Positions 33,926 to 44,038 of a DNA stretch of 46,278 bases are shown here, piece after piece. Made by a program: the position numbers and the translations under genes. Under the pieces are notes generated by a model. The model saw only the letters and a program-made list of their open reading frames with translations, ran no database searches and was not told where the DNA came from. Location: the IMG/VR virus record IMGVR_UViG_3300048854_000099, positions 1 through 46,278 of that record; one strand, written 5' to 3'. Positions within the stretch are counted from its first letter, which is position 1; each line of letters begins with the position of its first letter. Source of the DNA: a virus. Taxonomy: Duplodnaviria > Caudoviricetes.

Positions 33926-36900
33926 TCAAATCGTGTAGGCGCGAAGATCGGCTACAGTCGGCCGAGCAGCAGGCGTACCGGCAAGGGTCAACCGCAGCCG
34001 GCCTTGAACGGCGGTAAAGCTCGCCTTTTCGTAGGTTTGCTCGATGAAGCCTTGATCCTCGACGACGGAGAGCGACAAGGGCATTGATTGCCAGGAATCA
34101 TTGGCCGCATCGCATTCCACGGTCAGGGCAGATCCAACCGGCAGCTTGGTCGACATGACCGCATCGACCTTGACAGATGACCCCATCTTCCAAGCATCCG
34201 AGATGTAGACGCCTGTGGCCTGCATGGTGCCGGCGATGACAAGGATATCACTTCGCAGAACCGGGCTGATCTTCGATGACCCCGCCAGGATCGCATCGAT
34301 GACGACGTTGCCGGTAAAGAAGTCGCCGCGCTCCCACACCTGATCCGGAAGGATTTGGATAGGGGCTTCCGTGCCGAAGGTGACCCGGAAGACGACAGAA
34401 GCCGCATCCGTGGGCAGGAAGATATCGCCGCGCACGATGAGGTCCGAGCAGTTCGTGACGGCAAACGTGCCGACATTGAGCGTCTTCGTTACCGGGTTGA
34501 AGACGGCACAGTTGATGGCGAAGGTGACATCGCTATCCTGATGAACCGTCCAGCTCACCGCATTGGAAGACGAGAACCGGGTACCAACCGTGTAGGGCTG
34601 GGCCGCTATCCACTTCTGATCGGCCGCATCGAACTGCCCACGCTCCGCGACCGAGATCGAATGATTGGGGTCATTCGTCGCGATGACGAAGGCGAAGTAA
34701 GTGTTTTCCGGCAGATAGAACGGCGTCGGAAAGTTGAACCGCGTCCACTGGCCAGCGACAACATTCGCCATGTCGATTTCCGACTGAGCGATGACTTCCG
34801 TCGTCGGAAAGCCATTATCCATGGTGACGAACTGCACGATGACCGGCTGTGTCCGATCACCTATGTTGCAGAACTTTAGGTCCAGGGAGCTGATATGGCG
34901 CCCTTCGGTGAGAACAAAGCTCTGTGCCTGCGGGTCGAAGCCGCCACGATCGCCGCCGTTGCCACCGACCTGGCTGTCGGAGACGGAAGCGCGGGCCGGC
35001 GGGTCGACCTGATATTTCTGCACCGTCGTTACCTGCTGAAGCTCCTTGATCTCCAGCAGCCCTTGGCCGGTGAATAGCGCGCCGCACACCGCACCGGAGC
35101 CGCCGGTAGCTACGACGTTCTTCACGCCGGAGGTCACGTTGGCCGGAATGGTGAAGCTTCCGCTCACGATCCCGTTTGCATCGGCCACAAGACCACCGGG
35201 ATTGACGGAAATGCTGTCGAAGGTGAGAGCATCTAGTTCTTCACCAGGACCGAATTTTGAGATCTGGAAGGCGACCGAGATCTGCCGGAGATATCGAATG
35301 GGCTGTTGCTGCGTCGACACCAGAATTTCGGTATCGACGACGCGTTCGGTATTGCCGGATCCAAACACCTGGGTCTGCGCCGAAAGCCATGTCGTCTGCT
35401 CGACCGTCCAGTAGTCCTCTGATGGCGTGATCTTGAGGACCGCCGGCAAGGGCGAGAACGCCTGGTATGGGTTGATCTTCTCGCAGCTGGAGATCAGCGG
35501 CTGGTTGATCACCGTTTCCTGCTGGAATTCCAGCATTGCCGTCGCCGAAAGCGTCGCATTGATGAACGTCGGAACGATCGGGATCTGAAAGGATCCTTGG
35601 AAGACGGCACCGTTCTGCACTTCGCCGGCATCTCGGAAGCTGTCATCCGTCAAAGGATCCGAGAAGGTACCCGTGGCCGACCCTGCGCTGCGGACATTGA
35701 TGTCGAGGGCCTGCTTCTGCAGCGTCACCAGATTGAGGACGTCGAGAAGCTTATTATACATCCTGTCGATCAGCGGGAACGGATAGGCCTTTATCCCGTC
35801 ATTTTTGACCGTGGGCGTGCCAAACCAGTCGTTGTAGACGGTGGCGAGGCTTAGCAGCGTCGTCGGCACCTGGGGCGGCTGCGCCTGAACGGCCGCCGAG
35901 ATCCCCTGCAAGTACGAGATATTCCCGAACTGGTCGATGCAGATCTTGTCAACCCGCGGGATCTTATAGGTGTAGCCGAGGAAAACCGGCTGGCCAGTCA
36001 CACCGCCGGCAAGGGTGACCGTCGATTGGGTGATAGCCGAAGGGGTCACCGCATCGAGATACCGATAGGTTACCTGGTAGGAGCTACCTGTCGTTGGTTC
36101 CGCGCCACCTGGGGACCAGTCAACACCGTCACCGTTCTGAACGAAATCGGCGGGCGTATGATATGTCGTACCGCCCTGGACCACAGAAATGATCGAGGTG
36201 ACGGAGTCGTCGGGAAGCGGATCGACAAGGCCCGTGTTGCCTTTGACGATCGTCGCGGTCTTCTGCTTCGTCACGATCGCCGACGATACCGACGAGATCG
36301 GCGTGCGGCGCACTGTGATGACGGCCGTCCCGGTGCCGCCATCATCGAAAGTGTGAGGCTCCGAGTCGACGGTCCCCACAGCGGGCTGTTCCTGCTGCTG
36401 CAGGCGGCTCGCCGACGGGCGGTTGATCTTGAAGCCGAGAATATTGGCGACACCCTCGCCAATGGAAAAGACCTGTTTGCCGGCACTGAGCCCGAGCGGC
36501 GAGACCGCGCAGCCGCGGACGATGTAGTTGTCGTGGGCATCGTAGTCATAGACAGCGAGCTGCTGCTGGACGCCTGAGAGCGTCGGCGGGGCGTCCTGGG
36601 CGACGAGGACCCCATCCTTCATCGTGGCATACGGGAAAAAGTCGCCATCCCCGTTATCGGTGTCGAATGCCCATGCGAAGCTCCAGACACTACGGGTAGC
36701 ACCCGGCTCCCCGTAACTTTCCTGTGCATCCGCTACCAGACCCAGATAGATCGGATCGTCATCTGCGGTAACCGGCACAACGGTGCGCCGGAATCCGAGG
36801 ATGACAGATCCCGCCATCGGCACGGCGGACATCGTCTTGGCGACGAGAGTACGGCGGCCGCCAAGAGCGTAGACGTCACCGGCCGCAATAAAGACGGTCC

Positions 36901-37147
36901 CAGCGTTGATATCGATGACGACATCGCCGCCGGAAAGCCGGTCGCCATCCTTGGCGATCAGATTGCCGATATCGGTCCTTTTGTCGGCCTCGATCGAGAA
37001 TGCCTCATTGACGTCGGCACCCTGGGCGAAGCTGTCTTCGCCGAAGTAGACGCGTTCGTTACCCGGCCGAACCGAATGCCGATCGCGGATGTTATCGAAC
37101 TGCGGATAGACCGTCGGATCGAAAACGTTGGTGCCGTCAGTTGCCAT
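33926..37147 (-). CDS. Large baseplate/tail structural protein (DUF4815-like)
   Basis: 1073 aa, beta-rich; DPQAQSF, INPY motifs; between gpI-like and tail fibre genes. Confidence 0.8.
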   Translation of the reverse strand: MATDGTNVFDPTVYPQFDNIRDRHSVRPGNERVYFGEDSFAQGADVNEAFSIEADKRTDIGNLIAKDGDRLSGGDVVIDINAGTVFIAAGDVYALGGRRTLVAKTMSAVPMAGSVILGFRRTVVPVTADDDPIYLGLVADAQESYGEPGATRSVWSFAWAFDTDNGDGDFFPYATMKDGVLVAQDAPPTLSGVQQQLAVYDYDAHDNYIVRGCAVSPLGLSAGKQVFSIGEGVANILGFKINRPSASRLQQQEQPAVGTVDSEPHTFDDGGTGTAVITVRRTPISSVSSAIVTKQKTATIVKGNTGLVDPLPDDSVTSIISVVQGGTTYHTPADFVQNGDGVDWSPGGAEPTTGSSYQVTYRYLDAVTPSAITQSTVTLAGGVTGQPVFLGYTYKIPRVDKICIDQFGNISYLQGISAAVQAQPPQVPTTLLSLATVYNDWFGTPTVKNDGIKAYPFPLIDRMYNKLLDVLNLVTLQKQALDINVRSAGSATGTFSDPLTDDSFRDAGEVQNGAVFQGSFQIPIVPTFINATLSATAMLEFQQETVINQPLISSCEKINPYQAFSPLPAVLKITPSEDYWTVEQTTWLSAQTQVFGSGNTERVVDTEILVSTQQQPIRYLRQISVAFQISKFGPGEELDALTFDSISVNPGGLVADANGIVSGSFTIPANVTSGVKNVVATGGSGAVCGALFTGQGLLEIKELQQVTTVQKYQVDPPARASVSDSQVGGNGGDRGGFDPQAQSFVLTEGRHISSLDLKFCNIGDRTQPVIVQFVTMDNGFPTTEVIAQSEIDMANVVAGQWTRFNFPTPFYLPENTYFAFVIATNDPNHSISVAERGQFDAADQKWIAAQPYTVGTRFSSSNAVSWTVHQDSDVTFAINCAVFNPVTKTLNVGTFAVTNCSDLIVRGDIFLPTDAASVVFRVTFGTEAPIQILPDQVWERGDFFTGNVVIDAILAGSSKISPVLRSDILVIAGTMQATGVYISDAWKMGSSVKVDAVMSTKLPVGSALTVECDAANDSWQSMPLSLSVVEDQGFIEQTYEKASFTAVQGRLRLTLAGTPAARPTVADLRAYTI

Positions 37148-37159
37148 TGGATTTCCTGT

Positions 37160-38539
37160 TTAGGCCGATGGCCCATAGATCACGTCAAAAGTCTCGAGCG
37201 GTCCCGTGCTAATCGCGCTGCCGCGCAGATCGGTCAGGATTGCTCCGCCCTGCGGAACGGCGCCGGCGTCCGGCACCTCAAGTTCGACATCGCCATCGAC
37301 AGTCGTCAGCGTTACACCGGCTTCATCGGAAAGCAGCGCTGCGCCGGCGGACACGGTGTTGATCGGCGGAAGCCGCAAATCGATGGTGACAAACTCTTTG
37401 ATCGTCTGCTGAAAGGTGATCGGCATCTGGAGCGAGCCGACCTTCGTTATCCCATTGGGGAAGACCGCATCGGTCGGCGACAGCCATCTCTTTCCCGGCT
37501 TCACGCCGGCTGCAGGCTGGCCACCAAACACGATCGACGCCGTCGCGGCGGTGCTGCCATAGCCGACGCCGAAGTCGACGCGGACGTCGTATCTGATGAG
37601 GTTGTCCTCGGTTTCATCCTGGCCGACATCCTTGGCGCCGACCAGAACAGGGGCATAGCCGATGACATTTCCGAGGACGTCGTAAAAGCCGACATACGCA
37701 GGCTTCCGCAGCATCAGCCACGTCTTCAGCGAGCGGGAGTCGACGACACCGTTCCAAGTCAGGCCGGGGGTGTCCCAAGTCAGATCCTGCGACCAGCGCA
37801 AGATGTCGCCGTCGTCATAGACCACATCCAAGCTTATTTGGTCATTGTTGCTGGCCAGGATCTCGCCGGAATGCTGGCGGCCATGTGACCACTTCGTCTG
37901 TCCGGATCCGATGCGGACGCCGGAAGAATCGCCCCAGATCGCGCGTCCCCATTTCGAGACGCCCCAGGTCACGCCGCGGACGTCGTAACCGTAGAAGCCG
38001 CGCCAGAAGAACGATCGAGCTCGGTCCGAAAGATCGGCAAGATATTCCGCATCTGCGAGCAGCTTGGCCTCATCAGGGAGAGGGAGTTTTCCCATTTCGA
38101 TCTGATAGAGATGCCACCGCTTGCGTCCCCGGACTTGGTCCATGACAACGGCATCATCGTAGCCGATCCAGGCGAGCGCGGTCTGAATGGCCGCCGGTGT
38201 GCCGCGAATGCGCTGCCAAGCCCGACCCTGGTCGATCAAATCCTCGATCGTGGTCGGCCCGATGACGACGATCTGGTCGACACCGAGATCTGTGAGCGTG
38301 GTGCTGTCCAACGTCGTGAGCGCCGTGGAATGCTGGATATCGCCGCCGAAATAGGCGGAGACTTGGCCGAGGCCGAGTTCAAGCACGATCCATGGCGCAA
38401 TCGTTGGGTTCAGCGGCCGATGCGTCTTGAAGCCGCGAAGATCCTTGACGGCCGGACCGATGATATCGACGACATCGATCGCAGCTTCCAGCGCGACCTC
38501 AAAAAGACCGCTGTTTGACGGAAGAAGCGAGATGCTCAC
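37160..38539 (-). CDS. Baseplate wedge / tail protein I-like
   Basis: SLLPSNS..FE.ALE, GRAWQRIRGTP.AI..AL.WIGY; follows gpJ. Confidence 0.85.
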   Translation of the reverse strand: MSISLLPSNSGLFEVALEAAIDVVDIIGPAVKDLRGFKTHRPLNPTIAPWIVLELGLGQVSAYFGGDIQHSTALTTLDSTTLTDLGVDQIVVIGPTTIEDLIDQGRAWQRIRGTPAAIQTALAWIGYDDAVVMDQVRGRKRWHLYQIEMGKLPLPDEAKLLADAEYLADLSDRARSFFWRGFYGYDVRGVTWGVSKWGRAIWGDSSGVRIGSGQTKWSHGRQHSGEILASNNDQISLDVVYDDGDILRWSQDLTWDTPGLTWNGVVDSRSLKTWLMLRKPAYVGFYDVLGNVIGYAPVLVGAKDVGQDETEDNLIRYDVRVDFGVGYGSTAATASIVFGGQPAAGVKPGKRWLSPTDAVFPNGITKVGSLQMPITFQQTIKEFVTIDLRLPPINTVSAGAALLSDEAGVTLTTVDGDVELEVPDAGAVPQGGAILTDLRGSAISTGPLETFDVIYGPSA

Positions 38540-39414
38540 CGGCTCCTCCCCATGTACTGGAGCGTCACCGTCCCAATCGTAGCGGCATTATTGGCATCCT
38601 CGACCTGGTCGGAGACCGGCGATGTGCAGATGAAATTCGAGACGCCAGGCACCATGATCCGGGCGATGACCCAAGCTCGGTTGATGTCGAACCCGATACC
38701 GCCTTCCGCAATTGCAGCAGCGCGCAACGTAGCCTCGAGCCCATCGAAAACAGACTGGGGAGTGGTCGGCAGTAGCCACACTTGACCGGCAACATTCACG
38801 ACCGACGTCGCAGCACCGGTGACAGTCAAGACATCATTCAGTCCGCGAACATCCGAGGCGTTGACCACGGCATAGACGGCATCGAGCAGATCCTGGGTTG
38901 GAACGCCACCGGCCTGCGTCGACAGGATCGCGATCGTTAGCTCCGGTCCAGTACCCGAACGGTAAACTGCGACGTCGGCGACCCTGATATCGGCTGTCAT
39001 CGCCCAATACTTATACCATTCCTCAGGACCGGCAGCAGAACTGCCCTGAACCTTCAGGATGTAGCGCTGCCTCAAACGATCGTCGGTTTCGCCGTCCATG
39101 CGGACGACGCCTTCGGACGCCACCAGATTGTCGAGGTCACCGCCGACCGCAAAAGGAAGGAGGTTGGCTTTCGCGGCGTCATTGACGCGCGATCGGAGGG
39201 CCAACTCGTCATAGGCATCGGCTTCAAGCACGATCTTTACTGGATCAGTTTCCAGCATGGAGACGTCGTAATCCGGCAAGTTCATGGAAGGATTAGACGT
39301 CCGAACTGCTTCCCACAGGTTCTGAAAGGACGTGACCTTGCGAGCCAGGATGGTTTCGTAATCCAGGACCTCAATGACTTGGGGAGCAGGCAGTGAGGTA
39401 AGGTCGATCGCCAT
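38536..39414 (-). CDS. Baseplate assembly protein J
   Basis: IDL..LPAP.VIE.LDYETI, RVNDAA, GETDDRLR.R, SAAGP...Y. Confidence 0.95.
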   Translation of the reverse strand: MAIDLTSLPAPQVIEVLDYETILARKVTSFQNLWEAVRTSNPSMNLPDYDVSMLETDPVKIVLEADAYDELALRSRVNDAAKANLLPFAVGGDLDNLVASEGVVRMDGETDDRLRQRYILKVQGSSAAGPEEWYKYWAMTADIRVADVAVYRSGTGPELTIAILSTQAGGVPTQDLLDAVYAVVNASDVRGLNDVLTVTGAATSVVNVAGQVWLLPTTPQSVFDGLEATLRAAAIAEGGIGFDINRAWVIARIMVPGVSNFICTSPVSDQVEDANNAATIGTVTLQYMGRSR

Positions 39415-39794
39415 TACAGGGCTCCGCTAAGTGTTACCGTTGTCCCGTTGATCGACAGGAAGGATTTGGACTGCACCCAATCGAGCTGGGCATAAGGCCG
39501 ATATTCTCCGTTTGCCGTGATCGCGGTCTCGCCAAGCCGGGTGATGTCGTTGAGGTCGAACTGGATGATCCGGAACCGCGGCTCAAACAGGTCGATCAGC
39601 ATGGAGATCACGTTGAAGAAGAGCAGGATCGTCTCCTCGGTCTGATTGCGGCCTAGCACCTTCAGACCGGGATTTCCAAACCACTCCCGCATGACGCGCT
39701 GGCCCTGCGGGGTGGAGAAGATCTTTGAGAGAGATTGCTGGACGTGATCAAAGCCGTCGAGCACCTCGCCGGTGTTTGCGTTCACGCCGGCCAT
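39414..39794 (-). CDS. Baseplate protein W / gp25-like
   Basis: G..A.TG..L.G.DHV.QS...I.STP.G.RVMR..FG, EPRF. Confidence 0.93.
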   Translation of the reverse strand: MAGVNANTGEVLDGFDHVQQSLSKIFSTPQGQRVMREWFGNPGLKVLGRNQTEETILLFFNVISMLIDLFEPRFRIIQFDLNDITRLGETAITANGEYRPYAQLDWVQSKSFLSINGTTVTLSGAL

Positions 39795-39797
39795 CGT

Positions 39798-40013
39798 TCA
39801 AGCCGCCGGAGGCGTTGCAGCCTTTGGAACGATAAGCGCGACCTGTTCGGTCTTCGTCACGGCCGGCTCTGTGGTTGCCGGCTTGATTTCAAGCGTCCGC
39901 AGAGGATGTTCGGCCTGCAGATCGGTGAGAGAAATGGTCTCGCCCTTGCCCGGGTTCCGGACGCCGGCCACAAAGCGGCCATCAGTCAGGACCGTGTAAT
40001 CCTTCTTTTCCAT
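39798..40013 (-). CDS. Hypothetical protein
   Basis: GGAG RBS; GRFVAG.R.PG.G...LTD.QA.H. Confidence 0.7.
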   Translation of the reverse strand: MEKKDYTVLTDGRFVAGVRNPGKGETISLTDLQAEHPLRTLEIKPATTEPAVTKTEQVALIVPKAATPPAA

Positions 40014-40022
40014 CGTTTTCTC

Positions 40023-40580
40023 CTAGTTGGCCGGCGGTTCCGTATCGGCGCCGCCTGGTATGACGCCGCCATGAACATGCGTGTCGTCGACGTGGGTGCC
40101 GTTGTGCTTCTGGTAGCCGCCGGTCTGATCGAAGCCGGCTGCAGCGAACGTGTAGACGGTCCCTCCGATATCGACCTCGATCGACGACTGCCCGAGTGTC
40201 ACCTTGACCGAGCCAAAGGTCAGCACATTGCTGTTGGCGTCGGCGGACGGCGACGGATTGTCGTCGCTGAAATGGTATGGATCGAGGACGCCCTGCTCGA
40301 TGTCGCCGTTTTCCGACCGAAGGCTCATCACCTGGCCAACCGAAGGCGGCTGATGGAACTTCAGGTCTCCGGCGATCTGGGCGTAGGGCACCCACGGCGA
40401 TTTCACCGGGTTTCCATCGGAATCAGTGCCGATCGCGATCCGAGCCTTCTTGGCGGAGGTATCGACGTCGGTCACCTTGCCGCGCATCTCCGCTCCGGCG
40501 AAGCGACGCTGCTGCTCGAGGATGCGGATCAGCATGTCCCGCAGAAGCGGGGCGATGTCCGACGAATGCACCAAAGTCAT
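40023..40580 (-). CDS. Baseplate spike protein V
   Basis: SPWVP....AG......PPSVGQ; C-terminal H.H.GV.PG iron-binding motif. Confidence 0.92.
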   Translation of the reverse strand: MTLVHSSDIAPLLRDMLIRILEQQRRFAGAEMRGKVTDVDTSAKKARIAIGTDSDGNPVKSPWVPYAQIAGDLKFHQPPSVGQVMSLRSENGDIEQGVLDPYHFSDDNPSPSADANSNVLTFGSVKVTLGQSSIEVDIGGTVYTFAAAGFDQTGGYQKHNGTHVDDTHVHGGVIPGGADTEPPAN

Positions 40581-41377
40581 GAGAGCGGGTCCGTTCCGGT
40601 TCCGGTGACCTCGACGGTGATTTCCTCCAGAACCGGGACAGCCCCGGTATCGGGGTCGACAGCCGCGGGAAGGGGACCGAGACCGGTCGATGCGAAATCG
40701 CCGGCGGTGAGGCCGAAATTGTTGATAATGTCCTGGTAGGGCGAAAGTCCCTCGGGTCGCTCGATCATCTCCTTGAAGAGATCGGCCAGCTTTGTGGTCT
40801 CCGACCCTTCAACGCGGAGCTGCGCATCGAACATGGACCAAGCCGCCATTCCGGCGATCGGGGTGCCGAAGTCCGGATCCGGGATCGATTCCAGCTTGTA
40901 GAGGATCTCCAGACACGGAATGCGGACGCCGTGCTCTAACTCAATGAGAGCGAACTGCTCCATGCGCTGAGTGAACTTCGGCACCATCTTCCGAAAGATT
41001 TCGACCCACGGCGAGGTCGAGGTATGAAGCGCCGCATCAATCTGCCTCCCCATCATATCGAGGGTGAGGCCAGCAACCGTGCCGTCCAAGGTGAATTCAT
41101 AGCCTGCCTCTTCCGGGAGCTTCACGACACCCGGGCTGATGTAGACGAAGACCTTCAGATCGATCTTTGCGCTCTTGCCCTGGGTGCGCCTGCCTTCGAT
41201 ATCGAAATCGGCGGTTTCCACATAAACGGCTATCACCGGGACCGAAGCGCCCTCAGCAACCCGGAGAACCTCCGAGATCGGGTCGATCGGCTGCTTAAGC
41301 ACGTTTGTTTCGGCCCACGTTGACCCTGTAAGCACTTTCTGCGCTGCTATGAGCAATGCTTGCGTTACGAGACTCAT
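40577..41377 (-). CDS. Putative tail terminator/neck protein
   Basis: Position between head closure and gpV; start MSLVTQAL by ATGA overlap. Confidence 0.6.
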   Translation of the reverse strand: MSLVTQALLIAAQKVLTGSTWAETNVLKQPIDPISEVLRVAEGASVPVIAVYVETADFDIEGRRTQGKSAKIDLKVFVYISPGVVKLPEEAGYEFTLDGTVAGLTLDMMGRQIDAALHTSTSPWVEIFRKMVPKFTQRMEQFALIELEHGVRIPCLEILYKLESIPDPDFGTPIAGMAAWSMFDAQLRVEGSETTKLADLFKEMIERPEGLSPYQDIINNFGLTAGDFASTGLGPLPAAVDPDTGAVPVLEEITVEVTGTGTDPLS

Positions 41378-41814
41378 GTCGCCCTCGAGCAAACGCAGAC
41401 GACACGCCCGATCCCGTCGGGATCAACGGTGAGGACGCGCACGGTTGGAAATGCGGGGTTTTTCAAAAAGGTGTCGACGCCTCCAGTTGCCGTCAGCGTG
41501 CCGGCTGTCAGGAAATCGTCCTTCTGAGGAAGAGCCGATGGATCCGTGAATTTCGAGACGTCGAAGCTGACGTGGTATTTCTCGCCGGCGACCTGTGGCT
41601 GAAGGCCGTCGTAGCTGCTCTTGTCTTGCAGCGTCGTCGTGATCGGATTGACGTCCATGATCCCGGCGACATAAACGGCAGGCCGGCTTCCGTCCGCGAC
41701 AGAGCCGAACACGGTCCCTTTGACCTTGCGCTCGATGAGGAAGACTTCCCCATAAAGCCCGTCGATCGCATCGGAAGCCTTGGGTTCGAACAATGTCGCG
41801 AACAGAGATGGCAT
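41374..41814 (-). CDS. Putative head-tail joining (head closure) protein
   Basis: Follows the major capsid gene; ends V.PDG.GR-type motif. Confidence 0.65.
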   Translation of the reverse strand: MPSLFATLFEPKASDAIDGLYGEVFLIERKVKGTVFGSVADGSRPAVYVAGIMDVNPITTTLQDKSSYDGLQPQVAGEKYHVSFDVSKFTDPSALPQKDDFLTAGTLTATGGVDTFLKNPAFPTVRVLTVDPDGIGRVVCVCSRAT

Positions 41815-41827
41815 GTCCGATCGCCCC

Positions 41828-42868
41828 TTACGAGCCGAGGCGCGCTGAGAAGATGCAGCGGGGACGCACGCAGTAGTGCAGAACGTTGGACTGGAATTCC
41901 ATGTTCATGCCCTTGTCGTTGTCCATGCGCCAGACCTTCGAATACAGGCGCTGGCCAAGGGTATTGACCGTCTCCATGTAGTCGGCCGGCACGTAGACGG
42001 AGCGGAAGAGGTCCGGGGTGCCAAGCGGGATAAAGTACGCCTTATCCGTCGGGATACCCACGGTCTGGCCGCCGCGGTAGTTGACCCAATAGATGTCGAA
42101 CATCTTGAAGGCGCCCCAGATGCCACCGACTTGGCCATTACCGATCAGCGGCTGCTGCAGGTTCACGGCGGCTGCCCAATTCTGGTAGGGCCCGGTGACT
42201 TCAGGATGCACAGAGAAGGCGTCGAAGAAGCTGTCAGAGCACAGCGCCATGATCCCAGAGAACGGGATACCATCGAGCGTCGTGCCCATCTGTCGGACAA
42301 GCGCTGCGCAAAGCTTCCGAAGAGCACCGCGTGCGGGGCTTACGTTTGCAAGGTCGAACGCGATTTCCGTGGGCATCGTTTCGCCGAACTCGGCGTAGTA
42401 ATCGTACATCGTGGTGCCGTCGGCATCGAGAAGCAGGCCCTTGGTGACAACAGCCAGCTTCTGCCGTTCCTCCGTCAGGGCGAAGCTCTGGGAGACCTCG
42501 CCGGCGCGGCGGGTGATCTTGCCGATCAGGGTCTCGACGGCAATCGGATCGCCCATGGCACGAGCAGCCTGCACCTCGTCAGCGTAAATCGCATCGTCGA
42601 CCTGATAATGCGGGGCGGCGAGCTTGCGCATCTGGCGACGGCCCTTGCCGAAGGTGACGCCGGGGGCGCCGCGCGGGCTGGAAGGCACGATGAAGATCTG
42701 CTGGTCCGCGTCCTTCTCGATCACGATGTCGACCGTATCGATGTAGGTTTCGCGGAAAATCCCTAGCGAGGAAAGATAGCTGGGGACGTATTTGATCTCC
42801 CGCATGGCCTGCGCCATGGTGGTGACCCGGAATGCGTCTTGGTTGAAGATGTCGAGCAAGTCGGCCAT
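41828..42868 (-). CDS. Major capsid protein (lambda gpE family)
   Basis: LDIFN.DAF...M, LG.F, PRGAPG, T.E.....VV.KG..LDADG, F.....PAD..ETVNT.G, QSN.L..C.RP. Confidence 0.95.
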   Translation of the reverse strand: MADLLDIFNQDAFRVTTMAQAMREIKYVPSYLSSLGIFRETYIDTVDIVIEKDADQQIFIVPSSPRGAPGVTFGKGRRQMRKLAAPHYQVDDAIYADEVQAARAMGDPIAVETLIGKITRRAGEVSQSFALTEERQKLAVVTKGLLLDADGTTMYDYYAEFGETMPTEIAFDLANVSPARGALRKLCAALVRQMGTTLDGIPFSGIMALCSDSFFDAFSVHPEVTGPYQNWAAAVNLQQPLIGNGQVGGIWGAFKMFDIYWVNYRGGQTVGIPTDKAYFIPLGTPDLFRSVYVPADYMETVNTLGQRLYSKVWRMDNDKGMNMEFQSNVLHYCVRPRCIFSARLGS

Positions 42869-42919
42869 GTCTGTAGTCTCTCCTGAAAATTATCCGGGGA
42901 TGCGGCTCGAATGCTCGCG

Positions 42920-43579
42920 TTAGCGGAGGATGACGGATTTCGTGCCCAGGGCCTGGATGGCGTCCTGCTTCTGCGCGAGCGTGATGCCGGCAGGCCACTG
43001 GATGAGGTTGATGTTCAGCTCGCAGTGGCGGACCAAGGCGGAAGCCTTCTTCGTGTTCACGCCGTCGGTTACGACGGGATAAGGCGAGTAGGCCGACGGG
43101 ATCTGTGAACCGTCCGTTGCCGACGGGTTGTAGGCGACGTACTGGAAATCATCGGCGTTGGCGGCGACGATGAAGTTGAAGGTGTCGCCAACAACGAAGT
43201 CAGTCGCGCCATCAGCGATGGTGAACTTGATTTCCTTGTTGAACAGGACACCGACGGTGGCCTCACCGATGACGCGGCCATTCGGATCTTCGACCTGGAA
43301 GGTGCCTGCGTTGGCGGCTGCCGTGGTGCAGATCAGGCGATAAACACCGTCCTTAACCAGAGAATTGACAGGCGGGGAGGCCGGGGTGAGAACGCCGTTG
43401 CCGGTACCGGAATACGACTGAGTGACGTCGACTCCGGCGACAATGGCGAGCGCCGCAAGAAGCGAATTGGCTACGATGGTCTGGCTGAGGGCGACAACCA
43501 CGGTCTCGCGCGAGATGTGGAAGTTGCCTTCAGACATAATTGCTTCGCCAGGCTGAGGAGCTTGGGTGAGAACGGTCAT
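42920..43579 (-). CDS. Head decoration protein (lambda gpD-like) with inserted domain
   Basis: SE.N..ISRE, Y..YNP.ATDGSQ, R..E.N...L.WP, L....I.LR. Confidence 0.88.
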   Translation of the reverse strand: MTVLTQAPQPGEAIMSEGNFHISRETVVVALSQTIVANSLLAALAIVAGVDVTQSYSGTGNGVLTPASPPVNSLVKDGVYRLICTTAAANAGTFQVEDPNGRVIGEATVGVLFNKEIKFTIADGATDFVVGDTFNFIVAANADDFQYVAYNPSATDGSQIPSAYSPYPVVTDGVNTKKASALVRHCELNINLIQWPAGITLAQKQDAIQALGTKSVILR

Positions 43580-43597
43580 CGGGATGATCTCCTATTT

Positions 43598-43629
43598 CGG
43601 GGTTCTAGCGTTTTTGGGGTGGAACCCCG
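43598..43629 (-). promoter_or_regulatory. Stem-loop upstream of the decoration gene RBS
   Basis: CGGGGTTC...GAACCCCG 8-bp stem in the protease-D intergenic gap. Confidence 0.5.
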
Positions 43630-43639
43630 TTGGGAGCGC

Positions 43640-44038
43640 TTACGCGGCGCCGATGCCGCGGTTGACGTTGGCGACAGCTTTGCCCCAGAGAGCAGAAGCA
43701 TCAGGCTTTTCGGCACCCGTTGCGGCGGGACGGCCGAGACCGAGTGCACCGGCGGCCGTCTTGCTGGCAGCGAACTCCGCGGCCGCCACGGCCGGGTCGA
43801 TGACTGGCGGGACGACAACAGGTTCGACGACAGCGGCAGGAGCGGGAACGTCAGCCTTTGCAGCCGTCAGGATCTTTCCGGCATCTTCAGCCGTGATCTT
43901 CGTCTCGTAGGCGAGATGGGAGGCAAGCGTTGGGATGGCCTTGCCGGCTTCCGATGCCAAAATGGCCTTCATCCGGTTCTGGGCTGCGGTTTCAGCGGCA
44001 GCGGTGATGGCTGCGGCGTCGAGAGTTGCTTCTGACAT
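43640..44038 (-). CDS. Nested in-frame scaffold protein (Nu3-like)
   Basis: GGAGG-N7-ATG (MSEATLDAAA) inside the protease gene; Ala/Pro-rich. Confidence 0.7.
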   Translation of the reverse strand: MSEATLDAAAITAAAETAAQNRMKAILASEAGKAIPTLASHLAYETKITAEDAGKILTAAKADVPAPAAVVEPVVVPPVIDPAVAAAEFAASKTAAGALGLGRPAATGAEKPDASALWGKAVANVNRGIGAA

